A stretch of 64,000 nucleotides of DNA from Laetmonice hystrix (lineage: Eukaryota). The DNA is taken from contig OZ249436.1 of the NCBI GenBank assembly GCA_965235115.1, positions 5,706,001 to 5,770,000 on the forward strand, in the 5' to 3' direction. This document shows positions 49,186 through 63,960 of this stretch, piece by piece. The notes beneath the pieces were generated by a model that was given only the letters and a program-made list of their open reading frames with translations, searched no databases and was not told where the DNA came from. Position 1 is the first letter of the stretch. Each line of letters opens with the position of its first letter. Made by a program: the position numbers and the translations under genes.

Positions 49186-51563
49186 AAACTGTATGGAGCT
49201 GGTTATCTACCGGGACGGTGGCAGTGAAGCTTGCCGGTGTGAACTGTATCCAGAGCTGGTTATCTACCGGGACGGTGGCAAAGCTTGCCGGTGTGAACTG
49301 TATCCAGAGCTGGTTATCTACCGGGACGGTGGCAGTGAAGCTTGCCGGTGTGAACTGTATGGAGCTGGTTATCTACCGGGACGGTGGCAGTGAAGCTTGC
49401 TGGTGTGAACTGTATCCAGAGCTAGTGGTCTACCGGGACGGTGGCAGTGAAGCTTGCCGGTGTGAACTGTATCCAGAGCTGGTGATCTACCGGGACGGTG
49501 GCAGTGAAGCTTGCCGGTGTGAACTGTATGGAGCTGGTGGTCTACCGGGACGGTGGCAGTGAAGCTTGCCGGTGTGAACTGTATGGAGCTGGTGGTCTAC
49601 CGGGACGGTGGCAGTGAAGCTTGCCGGTGTGAACTGTATGGAGCTGGTGGTCTACCGGGACGGTGGCAGTGAAGCTTGCCGGTGTGAACTGTATGGAGCT
49701 GGTGATCTACCGGGACGTTGGCAGTGAAGCTTGCCGGTGTGAAGTGTATGGAGCTGGTGGTCTACCGGGACGGTGGCAGTGAAGCTTGCCGGTGTGAACT
49801 GTATGGAGCTGGTGGTCTACCGGGACGGTGGCAGTGAAGCTTGCCGGTGTGAACTGTATGGAGCTGGTGATCTACCGGGACGGTGGCAGTGAAGCTTGCC
49901 GGTGTGAACTGTATGGAGCTGGTGGTCTACCGGGACGGTGGCAGTGAAGCTTGCCGGTGTGAACTGTATGGAGCTGGTGGTCTACCGGGACGGTGGCAGT
50001 GAAGCTTGCCGGTGTGAACTGTATGGAGCTGGTGGTCTACCGGGACGGTGGCAGTGAAGCTTGCCGGTGTGAACTGTATCCAGAGCTAGTGGTCTACCGG
50101 GACGGTGGCAGTGAAGCTTGCCGGTGTGAACTGTACCGGGACGGTGGCAGTGAAGCTTGCCGGTGTGAACTGTACCGGGACGGTGGCAGTGAAGCTTGCC
50201 AGTGTGAACTGTATGGAGCTGGTGGTCTACCGGGACGGTGGCAGTGACGCTTGCTGGTGTGAACTGTATCCAGAGCTAGTGGTCTACCGGGACGGTGGCA
50301 GTGAAGCTTGCCGGTGTGAACTGTATCCAGAGCTGGTGATCTACCGGGACGGTGGCAGTGAAGCTTGCCGGTGTGAACTGTATGGAGCTGGTGGTCTACC
50401 GGGACGGTGGCAGTGAAGCTTGCCGGTGTGAACTGTATCCAGAGCTGGTTATCTACCGGGACGGTGGCAGTGAAGCTTGCCGGTGTGAACTGTATCCAGA
50501 GCTGGTTATCTACCGGGACGGTGGCAGTGAAGCTTGCCGGTGTGAACTGTATGGAGCTGGTGGTCTACCGGGACGGTGGCAGTGAAGCTTGCCGGTGTGA
50601 ACTGTATGGAGCTGGTGGTCTACCGGGACGGTGGCAGTGAAGCTTGCCGGTGTGAACTGTATGGAGCTGGTGGTCTACCGGGACGGTGGCAGTGAAGCTT
50701 GCCGGTGTGAACTGTATGGAGCTGGTGGTCTACCGGGACGGTGGCAGTGAAGCTTGCCGGTGTGAACTGTATGGAGCTGGTGATCTACCGGGACGGTGGC
50801 AGTGAAGCTTGCCGGTGTGAACTGTATGGAGCTGGTGATCTACCGGGACGGTGGCAGTGAAGCTTGCCGGTGTGAACTGTATGGAGCTGGTGATCTACCG
50901 GGACGGTGGCAGTGAAGCTTGCCGGTGTGAACTGTATCCAGAGCTAGTGGTCTACCGGGACGGTGGCAGTGAAGCTTGCCGGTGTGAACTGTACCGGGAC
51001 GGTGGCAGTGAAGCTTGCCGGTGTGAACTGTACCGGGACGGTGGCAGTGAAGCTTGCCAGTGTGAACTGTATGGAGCTGGTGGTCTACCGGGACGGTGGC
51101 AGTGACGCTTGCTGGTGTGAACTGTATCCAGAGCTGGTGATCTACCGGGACGGTGGCAGTGAAGCTTGCCGGTGTGAACTGTACCGGGACGGTGGCAGTG
51201 AAGCTTGCCGGTGTGAACTGTATCTAGAGCTAGTGGTCTACCGGGACGGTGGCAGTGAAGCTTGCCGGTGTGAACTGTACCGGGACGGTGGCAGTGAAGC
51301 TTGCCGGTGTGAACTGTATCCAGAGCTGGTGATCTACCGGGACGGTGGCAGTGAAGCTTGCTGGTGTGAACTGTACCGGGACGGTGGCAGTAAGCTTGCC
51401 GGTGTGAACTGTACTGGGACGGTGGCAGTGAAGCTTGCCGGTGTGAACTGTACCGGGACGGTGGCAGTGAGCTTGCCGGTGTGAACTGTACTGGGACGGT
51501 GGCAGTGAAGCTTGCCGGTGTGAACTGTACCGGGACGGTGGCAGTGAAGCTTGCCAGTGTGAA
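49186..51563. repeat. 55/57/39-bp composite minisatellite (in WAPL intron)
   Basis: GTGAACTGTAT(G/CCA)GAGCTGGTG(G/A)TCTACCGGGACGGTGGCAGTGAAGCTTGCCGGT, with a 39-bp deletion variant increasing toward the 3' end. Confidence 0.96.
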
Positions 51564-54500
51564 ACAAACCCAAGTCCCCCTGAGCATTCCTAGGAGTTGA
51601 AAGTCCGTGATGTTGTATTATTTAAATATTTCCTCATAATCCTATTTGGAAAGTTTGTTTTTTTTAGGGGGGGGGGGGGGGCTGAGCCTTTTGGACAAAT
51701 TAGGGCCTCTGCTTGGACACTACTTCATTCTGGACCGTAGCCAGGTCGATTTAGAAAGTGTGTGCGTGGGGGGTGGGGGGGGGGCTAAGGTTTGTGGCAA
51801 GTTAGGTTCTCTGCTTGATTCATTCTGGAATTCAGCCATGTCTAAAAAATGGGGCAGCCCCCCCCCCCCCCCCCCCCACACACACACACTTCCGCGATGG
51901 CTGCATATGCCATGAAAACGTGACAATTGTCGCTGGTTTACAGGCAGAATTGTCCTTTTTTCCAGGTCCGTAATATTTTTTATTTTGGGAAAGAAAATCA
52001 GCATTTGGTACTTTTCGGTATTTTTCACATTGTGTCCGTAAATGACAAGGAGACGTATTGACTGTCGGGGCCTAGACCCGGGAGTGCTGGTATACACACA
52101 GATTTCCCAGTCCCGCTGGAACCTGCAAGATTCCCCCGAAATATAGGTCCTAGTACCTAGAATATCAATATCTTCATAATCCTAGCCCTAACCCTAAGTG
52201 GACGGCCTCGGGCCTGCATACCCAGGGACTTAATTTCCTTTCACACTGGCATGGGCTTAGAGAGCAGCAGATGATGGCGGGTTTGGGGGCGTTCCTCGCC
52301 CCCGACTCCAAGGAATTGTACGGAAGTTAGCAGTAAAGTCTGTGGCCCTGTGTAGGTCTATGTATATGCGTGGCACTCACGCAGGGTCCCCGTTTATCAC
52401 AGCTATAATGCGTGCCAAGCGCTCACAGAGCTGACACCCTCTACAACTGCTCTGAGTGACATCAACAAGTCTGAGTGAAACACCTAGAATCTCCGTATCT
52501 GAAACTGACTCATCTCGGTTCACTCAGCAGGTCTGCGGCCACCTGGTGGCCGCAACCGACACTGACCATCATTACAGCCAGTCAAAATAATAGGAGCCAT
52601 TGCGCATAGCTAATGATGGTTGTAAATTGATAGGGCACTGATGGGCCTGGAGGGAGGCTGGTGCAGTTGGAGCAAGAGAAGGCCAATTCCTGCAGGCCAA
52701 GAACCCTGAAGGCATCCTACGAGGTCACCTGAAGATGGCAACCATGATAAGACATCTATGGCTGTAGGTTGAGATGCCTAACTCCGTGAGAGCGGGTACC
52801 ATGACTTTGACCATCATTGCTTTAATAAGTCTGCGTTCAGTAATTGGTTCCAACTTGTGGTGCTTGATTAAAGTGTTCGGTATTGTTACTGAGTGTGATA
52901 CAAGTGGGTGATGGGGCTCTGGATGCTCAGAACGTCCAAGGCTTTCTCTTGTTCAGGTTCTTAACACATGTAGGCACAGGCATCTGTGTAATTGGCAATT
53001 TTTCTGTCCTATTCTGCAGTCGAGGGATTTTAAGATTTGAATTATTATAAAGAAGTCAGCCACTGCTCTTCTTCAATTAATTATACCTTGAAATATTACA
53101 TTTTAAAAAGGCGAGAACCTTGCAGAATGTTATAGTAAGTGGTATCATAATGGTGATATTAGATTTTTAGTGCACAAATTCAATATATCATGATGCCAGG
53201 TTTTGCTTGCTCAGTTGAATGCGTGGATAGCTCTAGCTGGCAATCAAACTGTCGCACATGGAGGTTGACCTTTCCCCTGGAGAACCCTCCCGGCTACCCG
53301 GAGATAAATGGCGGTTCCATGGTGGGCACTGATGACCTGACAGCAGGAGCTTTAACAAGATTTCAACAGCCACTAGAGCCAAGGACATGGCGCACGACAA
53401 GGGTAGTGCATTGCCTGAGAAAATGAAGTGGTCTTATATTGAGTACCAGTTACCGTAATGGCATAAAGTAGGACTCAAGGCTGGGAGTTAGTCGCAAGTC
53501 TATTATATCGTTATAGAAATCGTATACCTGTATTCTGAAACATTAGGCAAATCGCATAATACCAGCAAGTGTATCTTTCTAAAATCCTTGCGTGTGAAAG
53601 CGCAACCTTGGAGCAAACCTAGCCATCACATGAGATTTAAAAGATGAACAGATCTATGAACATCCCTTTTGGTTTTTCTTTCTTTGTATTTTGGTTGGCC
53701 CAATTTTAGCGATATATTAAAAATGGAGTTCATGAAATTATCGCTGTGACCTTCACACTAAAGGGAGAAGACGCCGTCAGGCAAGTGTTGAATCGACTGA
53801 GACCAGAAACTTTGGTGGTCACGAAGGTCATGTTTAGTAACCTAAAACTTGGATAGATTCCCTGCTAAATGGAACCGTTTTATGACGGCACAGAATCAAG
53901 TTAAAGAAAAACGGCTCTCTAATGTAAGGTGACAACATTTTGTTTCAGTGAGATGGAAACGAAAATATACCCAGTATGTTTTATAAAAAAAGAATTGTTT
54001 GAAAAAGGACAAGTAGTTATAATGTCATGGTTTTTGTTATTGCCACTGTGGTATAAAAAGTTGTAGGGGTACCTGGGGCGCCAAACCTGAGGCAGTCGCG
54101 CCATTAACATTATGAGGTTGCTCGGTAACAGATACGTTAACGGTGTGACATTATTTGTACGGATAAGGAGAACGTAAAAAAAAGTACAGAAGTAATTTAT
54201 GTCTGTACTTCAGATAAGAAGCGAGTGAAAGTCTGCCTGTCACATAACACGTAAATAATGTAAGCAGAAGAACGATTTACGCGAATATCTCGATCTGATA
54301 GGTACGACTGACTTAGCGGTATGTAGTTCTGCTTGTTTATCCACCAAAACCACATGGCCTGCAGTAAAAAAGAATCTTTGAAGTACGCTCTTTTATATAA
54401 TGTATAATTTATGTGGTAATATATTCTTGCGAGTAGGTCAGTAAGCTGTCAACAAAACAACGGTTTTTACATACTTTTATATTTTTGGATTCTTTATCGA

Positions 54501-54779
54501 AGCCAAATAAACAACAAAAACTTGCATGAGTTAACAGTAAAGATTTCCATCGCATTAACAGTTTAATCTTAAACTGTTTATTTTCAAATAGACTGAAGTG
54601 AATGTCTTGATTTTAGCAGCTACCTAAACGAGAAACTGTCAGCAGGGTTGTAAACAGCTCACCGCACGGGGACGGCCAACCACAGTCTAAGTTAATGGAG
54701 TCTTGAGCAATAGCGACTGGCAGTCTGACGGACTAGAAATACCAACTGTCCAGGTGTCCTTCCAAATGATGAACTGTGA

Positions 54780-55357
54780 AGCCTGCCTCACACTTCACGA
54801 TTTTGGGCTGCCAATGTATAGGACACGATTTTCTGTTGTGTCTATAAATCAGGGGATACACACTGCGACTTACGATTTTTTGTCACCGACTATTTGCTGC
54901 TGACAAAAAATCGTAAGTTGCAGCATGTATCACCTGCTGTAACACTGCTAGATTTCTTCCGACCCGACGATTTGTCGCCGACGATTGTTGTAGGGTATGA
55001 TACACGTCACGACTTACGACTGTCACGATTGTTTTTAGCGCTAAAAACTGGGTCACGACGAAAGCGTGTAGCATGTATCACCCGCTTAAGTCCCGTGATA
55101 TTTCACGACACTATTTTTTGTACACGACACAACATTATGATTTCCTGCGACATGATGAGAAAAACTGTTGTACAACAGAAAAATGTTCAACATGTTGAAA
55201 CCCCCACGATACGCCAAGACAGATTTGTGTCATGTCGTGTCGGCCAACCTCTCGCACGTTACGATAACCACAGACAACACGGCAAATTTGTTCTGTCCTG
55301 TCGTGTCTCGCATACACTTGTCGTGTCGTTAGAAAATCGTGTAGTGTGAGGCAGGCT
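54780..55357. mobile_element. Harbinger-like MITE (3-bp TSD) with a nested related element (about 54846-55086)
   Basis: TIR AGCCTGCCTCACACT(T/A)CACGATTTT / AAAATCGTGTAGTGTGAGGCAGGCT; TGA on both sides. Confidence 0.8.
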
Positions 55358-55588
55358 TGAGTCGCTGGTTGGACCAGCCCTTGAGGTAAAACAACCCCTA
55401 GATCGTCACCATGAGTGTTGGTTGAAACATTAGCCACAACGGCCCTCTCATGGTAGTCTGGGCGCATTTCCAGTCGCTCTGTCCGTTTCACTCCGAATAC
55501 ATGATAGGATGTTCATGTTTACAATTACTGTTTCAATCTTTGCCAAGCTTCTTTTGCATAAAGCTGATTAGATTGAGACCATGAGCCA

Positions 55589-55765
55589 GCCCCTGGTTTT
55601 TAGTTCGCAAACCGAGTCTTAAGATTCAAATCATAAGACTGAACTCTTGTTTCAGAGCTTCTGATTGGTCCTTCAAATGAAGTCAGCCAATGAGAGACCA
55701 TAGCAAAAGTCGGTCTTAAAATTTCAGTCTTAAGATTGGTAAAATGACGAACTAAAAACTGGGGC
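55589..55765. mobile_element. Small palindromic MITE
   Basis: GCCCCTGGTTTTTAGTTCG / CGAACTAAAAACTGGGGC inverted ends, with internal inverted blocks (CTGATTGG / CCAATGAG). Confidence 0.65.
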
Positions 55766-56119
55766 CTCGGGCCTGGGGTTTATTGGCACCGATAATTATA
55801 GACCATGTATGAGATTTTACGACGGGATCTGCGGCAGATTCAACATTTGAATTAGTTAGATCCAGGCAAACCCTGCTCATACCTGCCTCGAGTGGGAGGT
55901 GACCGAATCATTACGACATTGAGCCATGGCCTGATTAGCCAATAAACGATTGGCGACACCTTTGTGGCTTCGCAGTTTATGCATGACTTGACTGGCTGTA
56001 ATGTAATGAAAACAATTGCTGACAGAAAATGGAACCAATAAGTACCAACAGCGTTCGTCAGTTACTTTGGAGGTTTCAGCAAATTTGTTCTGTCCAGAAT
56101 TGGAGTTCGGTTATCGTGT

Positions 56120-57206
56120 GATCTGGAGATCGTGTGATTCACAGACAGATAGAACATGGAGAGAAGTGTACGGTCTCGAATGTGACTCGACAGATCTGGA
56201 GATCGTGTGATTCACAGACAGATAGAACATGGAGAGAAGTGTACGGTCTCGAATGCGACTCGACAGATCTGGAGATCGTGTGATTCACAGACAGATAGAA
56301 CACGGAGAGAAGTGTACGGTCTTGAATGCGACTCGACAGATCTGGAGATCATGTGATTCACATCTACAGATAGAACACGGAGAGAAGTGTACGGTCTCGA
56401 ATGTGACTCGACAGATCTGGAGATCGTGTGATTCACAGACAGATAGAACATGGAGAGAAGTGTACGGTCTCGAATGCGACTCGACAGATCTGGAGATCGT
56501 GTGATTCACAGACAGATAGAACATGGAGAGAAGTGTACGGTCTCGAATGTGACTCGACAGATCTGGAGATCGTGTGATTCACAGACAGAACACAGAGAGA
56601 AGTGTACGGTCTCGAATGCGACTCGACAGATCTGGAGATCGTGTGATTTACAGACAGATAGAACATGGAGAGAAGTGTACGGTCTCGAATGTGACTCGAC
56701 AGATCTGGAGATCGTGTGATTCACAGACAGATAGAACACGGAGAGAAGTGTACGGTCTCGAATGCGACTCGACAGATCTGGAGATCGTGGGATTCACAGA
56801 CAGATAGAACACGGAGAGAAGTGTACGGTCTCGAATGCGACTCGACAGATCTGGAGATCGTGTGATTCACAGACAGATAGAACATGGAGAGAAGTGTACG
56901 GTCTCGAATGTGACTCGACAGATCTGGAGATCGTGTGATTCACAGACAGATAGAACATGGAGAGAAGTGTACGGTCTCGAATGCGACTTGACAGATCTGG
57001 AGATCGTGTGATTTACAGACAGATAGAACACGGAGAGAAGTGTACGGTCTCGAATGCGACTCGACAGATCTGGAGATCGTGTGATTCACAGACAGATAGA
57101 ACACGGAGAGAAGTGTACGGTCTCGAATGCGACTCAACAGATCTGGAGATCGTGTGATTCACAGACAGATAGAACACAGAGAGAAGTGTACGGTCTCGAA
57201 TGCGAC
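56120..57206. repeat. 73-bp minisatellite, about 15 copies
   Basis: GATCTGGAGATCGTGTGATTCACAGACAGATAGAACA(T/C)GGAGAGAAGTGTACGGTCTCGAATG(T/C)GACTCGACA. Confidence 0.96.
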
Positions 57207-60044
57207 TTTAAATTAAGACCTTTTAGTAGATTAAAAATTGATCTTAAAGAGAAGATAGCAGTGTTGGAAACCTTGAGACAATATTAATGTTAGAGGTGTT
57301 GGCTATTAATACTTGTAGCAGGTCAGTTGAGCAGGCGTTGAGTTTCAGATGTACTGTAGACTTGCACCAGTCCCAGCTGGGCAAACGTCCGACCACTGCA
57401 GTTTGAGGATGTATTGTACGTATCTCAGACCCTCAAGCATGTAATGATGTCGTACGTCATAGATCGTGAGGTAAGCCTGCCACAGACTGTTGTTTCCTGC
57501 GCTGACGACTAAGCAGTTACCGATACTGAATGCATTCAGAGGTACTGTAGCCAGAAAATAAATGTCTTTTAGGGGAACATTGTGTATGGTGGCGCTGTGT
57601 CCAATATAGGATGGCTGTGTAGGTGACTTATTGTCTACGGGCAGCCTGGCTTGTGGTGGGCACATTGTGGGAAGCTATAACACAGGCGGTATCTCTCCAT
57701 CTACTGCTGGGGACCACTTCAGTCATATAATAATAACATAGTCCTTCAGCCTACACAGTGAGGACATGCTGCTTAACGTTCATTGATTGGTTCCATGTTG
57801 TTCCGAGTACATTCAGTTGTTTATAACGATCACCATCTTACATGAATCGGTAGATTGGATTGAAAGCTTGTCTCTGAGTGTATGCCACCGAGAACGTAAA
57901 TGTAGCACTCCACGTTGTCATCAAACCTAGGAGACCATTTACACGCCAGGGTGTGTGTCTTTCTATCACTCAGCAGGATTTAGGCATTAATTTCAGCCCA
58001 ACTCGGTACTTGTCGCATTTTGTTTTAACTTCATTTATAGAATGGACATGGTATAAAATCATCAAGAAATTAGAGAAGCAAGAAACAAGATTTGTTTTTC
58101 CAAAACCCAGGGATAAAAATTTCTGAATGTGTTCGTGAGGTGCTCGTGTGATCACTGTCAGATTATCTCACCATTTTATCGGTGATGTCGAATGATACAG
58201 AATCAGCAGAATTGGTCAAATTGTGCTGACATGTCAGAGTTGATGAGGGGGGGGGGATCAGAATTGATGTAATATGCCGTGGCGAGTGCGTGAAATCTAT
58301 GTGATACATGGGTAGATACAAAAGTAGTGATGGGGACATTAATAAGCATACCATATGCTTAATAATGTTTTTATATGAGGGAAATTATTATGAATCGTAC
58401 CAATAAGTTTACATCCCAAGTCAGCAGGAGAAGTAACTGGCCGGGAATGTTTGAGAGCACAATCTGTGCAAGGTCTGCTGATGATAATAGGTCGGTGTTA
58501 TGAAACGTTTTTCTCTGTTATTGAAGCTTGTGGGGAGGAAGTTATTATGTAGAATCCCTGATTACAAAAACCAGGAGTATAGGCTTGAAGGCATGAAGTA
58601 ATAGGTGGAGTATGTTACATTGTAATATGTGACCTGGTACAGTCATCTGTCTGCCTCTCCTTGGATTTTTAAACCGTTTTGTGGTTTTAGTAAAAGTAGA
58701 GATATTCTGTAGTTTTAAATTGTTGCAACTCCATAGAGTCAGTACTGAGACATTTCGGGATTCACCTTTAGTTGGGAGAGCCAATCTCACTTTATCTGTT
58801 TTCTTGTGGAAGTACCCTGGTTGTTGTGTGCAGGATCTGTTCAAGTGGGACAAATATTTGTTTTTCTTTTTTTCTTCAACTGTGATAAAATTTCTGTTGT
58901 ATTGGACTGATTCAGTCCATATTGATACCAGTTCATACAAGTAGCGCCCACGACTTGGTTGTTACATACCGTTCAGGAAGTAGATACTCGGCCATGCCAG
59001 TTATAAATGAACTCCCATAATATGTAGGTCTACAGAGTGTACGGCATACAAGGAAAACGATGATGAAGGGTCTCTAGCTGAGGTTGGGGGTGGGGGCTGG
59101 GGTTGGGGGAGTGGGGAGGGCAGGGGGGGGGGGCTGTGGTCGGGAGGGGCTCATCACATGGTGGGCTCGTCACTGCGTCAGATCGCATGACCACATTTCT
59201 ACATTTACTCAAGTTGCATGATGCAGAGAAAATTCCCTGCCTGGTCATAACAAAGAAACTGAAGCCCAGAGGCAGTGGTCACTGACCATGGATCAGAAAA
59301 TTTAATTACCAGAATTCAACTTCTTTTATTATGGAAAAACATTGAAGTCAAGGAAAACAGCAGTGAAGTAGAATTGGACAGCACTTAGATTTGAGGGAAG
59401 TCCAAATTCGTTTATTTTGTCTTTACCAAGACTCCTAAAAAATAGTCTGAAATTGTTTTATATGATATGGGCTTAAATTATGCTTGGTGATGAAAGCAGT
59501 CACCGAGGAATTAATATAAGAAAAAATCAAGCATTTTGGGAACACTGAACTGATTAATTGAACTATGACGATCCACAGAACGTAGTTCTTACCGTGACTG
59601 AAGTTGGATTTGTCGTGTGAACAAAGCCATCTACTGAAAGTTTTTATCTATGCAATCATTTCTCACTCAAAATCCTGGCCATAGATAAATGAAAAAGTGA
59701 GGATACATCGTGTCACAGTTGTGATCACTAACAAAATAATTAAATTATTGAAGACATTTGATCCAATATTGTTTATTTGGTATAGTACACGACTCAGCAG
59801 TGAACGAATGTGTCTTATATTGAGTGGAGGCGTGTGACTTGGAAAGAAACGCTAGCATGTATAAAGGCGATGTTTCCCAGTGGCACATTGTCCGTATTAG
59901 GTACTAGATCATCATTATATACTGTGTCCGACATCAGTAACAATGGCTCGTTTCCCCAGTAATAGGTTAATCAGAAAGGAAATGTGTGGTTGTAATTAGA
60001 TATATATCTGATACACTAGAGTAGCACTCCCAATAGTTTTACTT

Positions 60045-63000
60045 ATCACCCAGCCACAGAGCTCACACAGGTTGAGGGTCACTGTCATTGATATCACCCA
60101 GCCACAGAGCTCACACAGGTTGAGGGTCGCTGTCATTGATATCACCCAGCCACAGAGCTCACACAGGTTGAGGGTCACTGTCATTGATATCACCCAGCCA
60201 CAGAGCTCACACAGGTTGAGGGTCGCTGTCATTGATATCACCCAGCCACAGAGCTCACACAGGTTGAGGGTCACTGTCATTGATATCACCCAGCCACAGA
60301 GCTCACACAGGTTGAGCGTCACTGTCATTGATATCACCCAGCCACAGAGCTCACACAGGTTGACCCAGCCACAGAGCTCACACAGGTTGAGGGTCGCTGT
60401 CATTGATATCACCCAGCCACAGAGCTCACACAGGTTGAGGGTCACTGTCATTGATATCACCCAGCCACAGAGCTCACACAGGTTGAGGGTCGCTGTCATT
60501 GATATCACCCAGCCACAGAGCTCACACAGGTTGAGGGTCGCTGTCATTGATATCACCCAGCCACAGAGCTCACACAGGTTGACCCAGCCACAGAGCTCAC
60601 ACAGGTTGAGGGTCACTGTCATTGATATCACCCAGCCACAGAGCTCACACAGGTTGACCCAGCCACAGAGCTCACACAGGTTGAGGGTCACTGTCATTGA
60701 TATCACCCAGCCACAGAGCTCACACAGGTTGAGCGTCACTGTCATTGATATCACCCAGCCACAGAGCTCACACAGGTTGACCCAGCCACAGAGCTCACAC
60801 AGGTTGAGCGTCACTGTCATTGATATCACCCAGCCACAGAGCTCACACAGGTTGACCCAGCCACAGAGCTCACACAGGTTGAGCGTCACTGTCATTGATA
60901 TCACCCAGCCACAGAGCTCACACAGGTTGACCCAGCCACAGAGCTCACACAGGTTGAGGGTCGCTGTCATTGATATCACCCAGCCACAGAGCTCACACAG
61001 GTTGAGGGTCACTGTCATTGATATCACCCAGCCACAGAGCTCACACAGGTTGAGGGTCACTGTCATTGATATCACCCAGCCACAGAGCGTACACAGGTTG
61101 AGGGTCAGTGTCATTGATATCACCCAGCCACAGAGCTCACACAGGTTGAGGGTCGCTGTCATTGATATCACCCAGCCACAGAGCTCACACAGGTTGAGGG
61201 TCACTGTCATTGATATCACCCAGCCACAGAGCTCACACAGGTTGAGCGTCACTGTCATTGATATCACCCAGCCACAGAGCTCACACAGGTTGACCCAGCC
61301 ACAGAGCTCACACAGGTTGAGGGTCACTGTCATTGATATCACCCAGCCACAGAGCTCACACAGGTTGAGGGTCACTGTCATTGATATCACCCAGCCACAG
61401 AGCTCACACAGGTTGAGGGTCGCTGTCATTGATATCACCCAGCCACAGAGCTCACACAGGTTGACCCAGCCACAGAGCTCACACAGGTTGAGGGTCACTG
61501 TCATTGATATCACCCAGCCACAGAGCTCACACAGGTTGAGGGTCACTGTCATTGATATCACCCAGCCACAGAGCTCACACAGGTTGAGGGTCACTGTCAT
61601 TGATATCACCCAGCCACAGAGCTCACACAGGTTGACCCAGCCACAGAGCTCACACAGGTTGAGGGTCACTGTCATTGATATCACCCAGCCACAGAGCTCA
61701 CACAGGTTGAGGGTCGCTGTCATTGATATCACCCAGCCACAGAGCTCACACAGGTTGAGGGTCGCTGTCATTGATATCACCCAGCCACAGAGCTCACACA
61801 GGTTGAGGGTCGCTGTCATTGATATCACCCAGCCACAGAGCTCACACAGGTTGAGGGTCACTGTCATTGATATCACCCAGCCACAGAGCTCACACAGGTT
61901 GAGGGTCACTGTCATTGATATCACCCATCCACAGAGCTCACACAGGTTGAGGGTCGCTGTCATTGATATCACCCAGCCACAGAGCTCACACAGGTTGAGG
62001 GTCGCTGTCATTGATATCACCCAGCCACAGAGCTCACACAGGTTGGCCCAGCCACAGAGCTCACACAGGTTGAGGGTCACTGTCATTGATATCACCCAGC
62101 CACAGAGCTCACACAGGTTGAGCGTCACTGTCATTGATATCACCCAGCCACAGAGCTCACACAGGTTGACCCAGCCACAGAGCTCACACAGGTTGAGGGT
62201 CACTGTCATTGATATCACACAGCCACAGAGCTCACACAGGTTGACCCAGCCACAGAGCTCACATAGGTTGAGGGTCACTGTCATTGATATCACCCAGCCA
62301 CAGAGCTCACACAGGTTGAGGGTCACTGTCATTGATATCACCCAGCCACAGAGCTCACACAGGTTGAGGGTCGCTGTCATTGATATCACCCAGCCACAGA
62401 GCTCACACAGGTTGACCCAGCCACAGAGCTCACACAGGTTGACCCAGCCACAGAGCTCACACAGGTTGAGGGTCACTGTCATTGATATCACACAGCCACA
62501 GAGCTCACACAGGTTGAGGGTCACTGTCATTGATATCACCCAGCCACAGAGCTCACACAGGTTGAGGGTCGCTGTCATTGATATCACCCAGCCACAGAGC
62601 TCACACAGGTTGAGGGTCACTGTCATTGATATCACCCAGCCACAGAACTCACACAGGTTGAGGGTCGCTGTCATTGATATCACCCAGCCACAGAGCTCAC
62701 ACAGGTTGAGGGTCGCTGTCATTGATATCACCCAGCCACAGAGCTCACACAGGTTGAGGGTCACTGTCATTGATATCACCCAGCCACAGAGCTCACACAG
62801 GTTGAGGGTCGCTGTCATTGATATCACCCAGCCACAGAGCTCACACGGGTTGAGGGTCGCTGTCATTGATATCACCCAGCCACAGAGCTCACACGGGTTG
62901 AGGGTCACTGTCATTGATATCACCCAGCCACAGAGCTCACACAGGTTGACCCAGCCACAGAGCTCACACAGGTTGAGGGTCGCTGTCATTGATATCACCC

Positions 63001-63072
63001 AGCCACAGAGCTCACACAGGTTGAGGGTCGCTGTCATTGATATCACCCAGCCACAGAGCTCACATAGGTTGA
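60045..63072. repeat. 48/27-bp minisatellite, about 3 kb
   Basis: ATCACCCAGCCACAGAGCTCACACAGGTTGAGGGTC(A/G)CTGTCATTGAT interspersed with a 27-bp deletion variant. Confidence 0.97.
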
Positions 63073-63423
63073 AGGCACTTGAGGGTCACTGTCACTGATA
63101 AGTACCAGTAGGTGAAATCCACAATCAAAATCTATAGACAGGTCTGTACAACTCGGCATGGTTGCCAGAGCCGGGGTTTGAATGGTACATTGCATAGTTC
63201 CTATAATAACTGTATAATAACTTGGGTTCATTAGGTTTTATTTAGCGATAGACTAGGAAATCTGGTCTCCAGAAGCAGCTCTTGAACAGATTCTTTCCCT
63301 AGCTAAAGACCTGGAACGCTTTGGTGATGTATGCTTCACAGTTAACTCCAGTCAACATGGTCTATAAACGGTCTTGGTAACCAAGATAAATCGTGAAGCT
63401 TTCACTGTACCACAGACTCGCCT

Positions 63424-63960
63424 CCTGTGTGGACCGGTGCATGAGACCGGGCCCTCTGTGTGGACCGACCCGTCAGACTTGGCCTGCTGCGTGGACCGGT
63501 CCAGCAGACTTGGCCCTCTGCGTGGACCGGTCCATGAGACCAGGCCCTCTGTGTGGACCGACCCGTCAGACTTGGCCCGCTGCGTGAACCGGTGCATGAG
63601 ACCGGGCCCTCTGTGTACACCGGTCCGTCAGACTTGGCCCGCTGCGTGGACCAATCCATCAGACCGGTCCAGTAGACATGGCACTCTGCGTAGATTGGCC
63701 CGCTTCGTGGACCGGTCCAGAAGACTCGGCCCCCTGGTTAGACCGGCCCAGTAGGCCCGGCCCTAGTGTGGACCGGTCCAGCAGACCGGGCCATCTGTGT
63801 GGCATGGTCCGGCAGACATGGCCCCCTGTGTTGACCAGTCCAGCAGACTCGGTCCGCTGGGTGGACCGGTCCAGCAGACCGGGCCCTCTGTGTGGCATGG
63901 GCCAGAAGACCGGACCCTCTGTGTGAACTGGTCCAGTTGACTGGGTGTTCTGTGTGGATA
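63424..63960. repeat. Degenerate about 31-bp tandem repeat
   Basis: Recurring CTCTG(T/C)GTGGACCGGTCCAGCAGAC(T/C)(T/G)GGCC-like units. Confidence 0.8.

Noticed and set aside
49193..51563. Chi site GCTGGTGG in many repeat units, and Cys-containing repeat ORFs
   Set aside because: Chi acts through bacterial RecBCD; here it is one motif amplified by tandem duplication. The ORFs are broken by the 55-bp units.
59996..63098. 1016-aa (LCELCGW CxxC repeat) and 1008-aa ORFs on opposite strands
   Set aside because: Artefact of 48- and 27-bp units (both multiples of 3, stop-free in these frames); units near-identical at DNA level, no ATG context or unique flanking domain.
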